64,000 nt of DNA from Kiritimatiellia bacterium (GTDB lineage Bacteria; Verrucomicrobiota; Kiritimatiellia; JAAZAB01): assembly GCA_040767085.1 (NCBI GenBank), contig JAXGPF010000008.1, positions 128,001 through 192,000 of the forward strand, in the 5' to 3' direction. The stretch's first letter is position 1. The number at the start of each line of letters is the position of its first letter. The notes under the pieces were generated by a model that worked only from the letters and a program-made list of their open reading frames with translations, had not been told where the DNA came from and made no database searches. Positions 60,814 through 64,000 of this stretch are shown one piece after another. A program made the position numbers and the translations under genes.

Positions 60814-61262
60814 TGTCTGCTGAACTGCGGCTTGCCGTGGATAATGATTTGCCGGCCATCAGCCGCTTGTGCGCCGCCTGCACCGAGTTCATGGAGCAGC
60901 GCGGGGTTTCCGCAGCCGGCATCTATGCCGTCAACCTGGCCCTGGAGGAAATGGTTACCAACATCGTCAAGTATGGTTATGACGACTTGGAACGCCATGC
61001 CATCCAGGTTTCCCTGCGCGTGGAAGGCGCAATGGCGACGCTTGTGCTGGAGGACGACGGGCATGCGTTCAACCCCCTGGACGTGCCCGCGCCGGATGTC
61101 CGGCAGTCGCTCCAGGAACGGCCGATCGGCGGATTGGGCATTCATTTGACCCGGAAAATGGCGGCTTCCATGGAATATCGCCGCGATGGCGGCCGCAACA
61201 TCCTGACGATTCATGTCCGGGCTAATCCAGCGCCCGCGGCGGCCGGTGGGGTACATGTTTAA
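60813..61262 (+). CDS. RsbW-like anti-sigma factor / Ser kinase
   Basis: LEEMVTNIVKYG, EDDG, GGLGIHL. Confidence 0.92.
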   Translation: MSAELRLAVDNDLPAISRLCAACTEFMEQRGVSAAGIYAVNLALEEMVTNIVKYGYDDLERHAIQVSLRVEGAMATLVLEDDGHAFNPLDVPAPDVRQSLQERPIGGLGIHLTRKMAASMEYRRDGGRNILTIHVRANPAPAAAGGVHV

Positions 61263-62238
61263 TTCCGGGCATAATCATCGCTGGCTGGGGCTTGGTCTGG
61301 CGGGCTTGCTGGCCTGCCGCCTGGCGGCAGCGCAGCCGGATGCCCCGGCGATTTTCATTCCGCAGTGGAAGCACCAGGCCCAGTTTGCCGGTTTCTATGC
61401 CGCCATGGAGCAGGGTTTTTTCCAGCAGCGCGGCCTGGAAGTCAAAATGCTGGGCGGCGGCCCGGCGCAGCCGGCCATTCCCATGCTGGCCGAAGGCCGG
61501 GCCGAGTTCGGCACGATGTTTTTGGCCGATGCCATCCGGGCCCGCGCGCGCGGGACGCCGCTGGTTAACCTGGCCCAGTTGGTGCAGCGTTCGTCCCTGA
61601 TGCTGGTGGCCCGCCAATCGTCCGGCATCCGTTCGCCCGGCGATCTGGCCGGCCGGAAAGTCAGCTTGTGGTCCGATTTCCGTGTGCAACCGGAAGCATT
61701 ATTCCGCCAGTTTGGCGTGGCGCCGCAAATCATCAACCAGGGCGCCACCATCAACTTGTTTCTGCGCGGCGGCGTGGATGCGGCTTCCGCCATGTGGTAT
61801 AACGAGTACCATCTTCTGCTCAATGCCGGGCTGGATGCAGGGGAATTGACGGTGTTTTTTTATGACGATTTCGGGCTGAATTTTCCGGAAGACGGCATTT
61901 ATTGCCTGGCGCAGACCTGGCAGGAGCGCCCGGACCGGTGCCGCGCCTTCGTTCAGGCCGCCCTGGAAGGCTGGCGTTACGCCTTTGCCCACCCGGACCA
62001 GGTCCTGGACCTGGTCATGCGCCAGATGGCCGCCGGCGATTACGCCGCCAACCGCGCCCACCAGCGCTGGATGCTGGGGCGCATGCGCGATCTCATCATG
62101 CCCGCAGGCAGTCCGGCGGCCCTGGGCGAACTGCGGCAGGCTGACTTTCAGCGGGTGGCGGACGCTCTGCAGGCGCACGGCATGATCCAGACGCCACCGG
62201 CCTGGACGGATTTTTATGCAAACTGCCTCACACCATAA
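61255..62238 (+). CDS. NMT1/THI5-like periplasmic substrate-binding protein
   Basis: [12 protein letters not shown]...GF....GL.V; SGI..P.DL.G.KV; F..A...GW.YA. Confidence 0.85.
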   Translation: MFNSGHNHRWLGLGLAGLLACRLAAAQPDAPAIFIPQWKHQAQFAGFYAAMEQGFFQQRGLEVKMLGGGPAQPAIPMLAEGRAEFGTMFLADAIRARARGTPLVNLAQLVQRSSLMLVARQSSGIRSPGDLAGRKVSLWSDFRVQPEALFRQFGVAPQIINQGATINLFLRGGVDAASAMWYNEYHLLLNAGLDAGELTVFFYDDFGLNFPEDGIYCLAQTWQERPDRCRAFVQAALEGWRYAFAHPDQVLDLVMRQMAAGDYAANRAHQRWMLGRMRDLIMPAGSPAALGELRQADFQRVADALQAHGMIQTPPAWTDFYANCLTP

Positions 62239-64000
62239 TCGGAATAAGTACTGCGGCTTGGCGTTCAAGCTCAGCGTCTGGATCCTTGCCGGCGCGGCGG
62301 CAGTGTTTCTGACGGTGTTCTTCTATTATTTTTTCAATACGCGCCGCATGGCCCTGCGGGATATCGAGGAAAATATACGGCATCTGACCCTGGCCACGGT
62401 CAGCCGGGTGGAAACGGTTTTTCAATCCACGGAACGCATTCCCGGTTACATGGCGGCCCTGCTGGAGCAGCCGGACTTGCGGTTGGCGGCATTGCCCGGG
62501 CTGATCAGCAATGCTGTCGCCGCCAATCCGGTGGTGTACGGTTGCGCGGTAGCCTTTGAACCTCACGCCGCCGACACGGCCCGCCTGTATTACGCGCCTT
62601 ACGTTTGCCGCAGTCCGGCGGGACTGGAAATGCTGTGGCTGGGCGGGACCAACTACCACTATTTCGACTGGGACTGGTACCAGATTCCCCGCGAGCTGGG
62701 CCAGCCTATCTGGAGCGAGCCGTATTACGATGAATCCGGCGGGCAGATGCTGATGACCACTTATGCGGCGCCATTTTATCTCCGGCCGGCGGGGCAGCGG
62801 CGGCTGGGCGGCGTGGTCACGGCGGATATCACCCTCGAACGCCTGGTGGAAATGGTCGGGCAGGTGTCGGTTTTCTCGTCCGGGTACGCTTTCCTGATTT
62901 CCCGGAACGGCGTGTTCCTGGCGCATCCCGACCAGTCGCTGGTCATGCGCGAAAGCATCTTCAGCCTGGCGGATGAGGCGGGCGATCCGGAATTGCGCCG
63001 GGTGGGCCGGGCGATGTTGCGGGGCGGCAGCGGCATGGCGCGCATCAGTTACCCGCGCCTGGCGCGGCGCCGGGCGCGGATGTACTATGCCCCCCTGGCA
63101 TCGCTGGGCGGGTCGCTGGGGGTGGTGGTGCCGGAAAACGAACTGTACGCCGGGGTGTACGCTCTGGGCCGGCGCGCCGTCCTGTTCGCCGCCGCCGGAT
63201 TGGCGGGGCTGGCCCTGATGGTGGCCTGCATCGCCCGCGCGATTGCGCGCCCGGTGACCGCGCTGGCCCAGAGCGCCGCGGAAGTGGCCGCCGGCCGGTT
63301 GAACGCCGCCGTGCCGGAAGTGCGTTCGCGCGATGAAGTGGGCGTGCTCGCCCGTGCTTTCCGGGGCATGACGGCCAGCCTGGCGGCCCTGGTCCGGCAA
63401 GTGCAGGCCGCCGCCGCCCGCCTGGTGGAGACTGCCGCCGGCATGACCGATAACCTGCGCCGGCAGGAAAACACGGTGGCGGAATTCGGCGCTTCCACGT
63501 CGGAGATCGCGGCGGCCGTCAAGGAAATTTCGGTTACCGGCCAGGAATTGGCGCATACCATGCAGGAATTGCAGGATGCCGCCGCCGCGGCCGCCGCCCT
63601 GGCGGACAGCGGGCGCAGCGGCCTGGGCGCCATGGACGGTTCGATGCGGCGTCTCGAAGCGGCGGCCGGATCCCTTGCCGCGCGCCTGGCGGCCATCAAT
63701 GCCAAGACCGCCAGCATCAACAACATGGTGGCCATTATCAACCAGGTGGCGGAACAGACCAACCTCCTGTCGCTGAATGCCGCGATTGAGGCGGAGAAGG
63801 CCGGCGAATACGGCCGGGGGTTCGCCGTGGTGGCCCGCGAAATCCGACGCCTGGCCGACCAGACGGACGTCGCCGGGACTGATATCCGGCGGACGGTGCG
63901 GGAAATGCAGGCTTCCGTTTCAACCGGCGTCATGGAAGTGGATAAATTCAACAACGAAGTGGGGGCCGGCTTGCATACCGTCAACGGGGTGGTGGCGCAG
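62216..64000 (+). CDS. Methyl-accepting chemotaxis protein, WspA-like, with Cache and HAMP domains (runs off the window)
   Basis: Read manually: [24 protein letters not shown] (TM), WY..P....W.EPY.D (dCache), SRDEVG.LARAF (HAMP), [36 protein letters not shown]. Confidence 0.9.
   Translation, partial: MQTASHHNRNKYCGLAFKLSVWILAGAAAVFLTVFFYYFFNTRRMALRDIEENIRHLTLATVSRVETVFQSTERIPGYMAALLEQPDLRLAALPGLISNAVAANPVVYGCAVAFEPHAADTARLYYAPYVCRSPAGLEMLWLGGTNYHYFDWDWYQIPRELGQPIWSEPYYDESGGQMLMTTYAAPFYLRPAGQRRLGGVVTADITLERLVEMVGQVSVFSSGYAFLISRNGVFLAHPDQSLVMRESIFSLADEAGDPELRRVGRAMLRGGSGMARISYPRLARRRARMYYAPLASLGGSLGVVVPENELYAGVYALGRRAVLFAAAGLAGLALMVACIARAIARPVTALAQSAAEVAAGRLNAAVPEVRSRDEVGVLARAFRGMTASLAALVRQVQAAAARLVETAAGMTDNLRRQENTVAEFGASTSEIAAAVKEISVTGQELAHTMQELQDAAAAAAALADSGRSGLGAMDGSMRRLEAAAGSLAARLAAINAKTASINNMVAIINQVAEQTNLLSLNAAIEAEKAGEYGRGFAVVAREIRRLADQTDVAGTDIRRTVREMQASVSTGVMEVDKFNNEVGAGLHTVNGVVAQ

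Overview
GC-rich bacterial chromosomal window; gene content and style suggest a PVC-superphylum anaerobe such as Kiritimatiellae/Lentisphaerae (inference). Housekeeping genes (floA, mfd, pheS, pheT, a probable 6S RNA, rarA, 5-formyl-THF cyclo-ligase, rny) are interleaved with accessory loci. These include two intact IS elements with readable ends and target duplications (an ISL3 that splits the gene downstream of floA; an IS1202-family element with a 16-bp TSD and a duplicated terminal 15-mer). There is also an AraC-linked cluster of large unclassified glycoside-hydrolase-like proteins, a divergent hemerythrin/exported SOD pair, and a capA-racemase-Ddl-like operon. A lower-GC envelope island carries a TPR protein, two mosaic tandem lipoproteins, a nested double-LpoB-like lipoprotein, a YcfL-like lipoprotein and an OM beta-barrel. 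The most striking system is at the right end: a permuted Wsp-type chemosensory operon. Its WspR-like receiver drives a PP2C/SpoIIE phosphatase instead of a GGDEF domain and is followed by STAS anti-anti-sigma and anti-sigma kinase genes, an orphan NMT1/THI5-like binding protein and a Cache-HAMP WspA-like receptor. A helically phased 9-unit repeat array lies just upstream. All calls come from motif reading without database searches.
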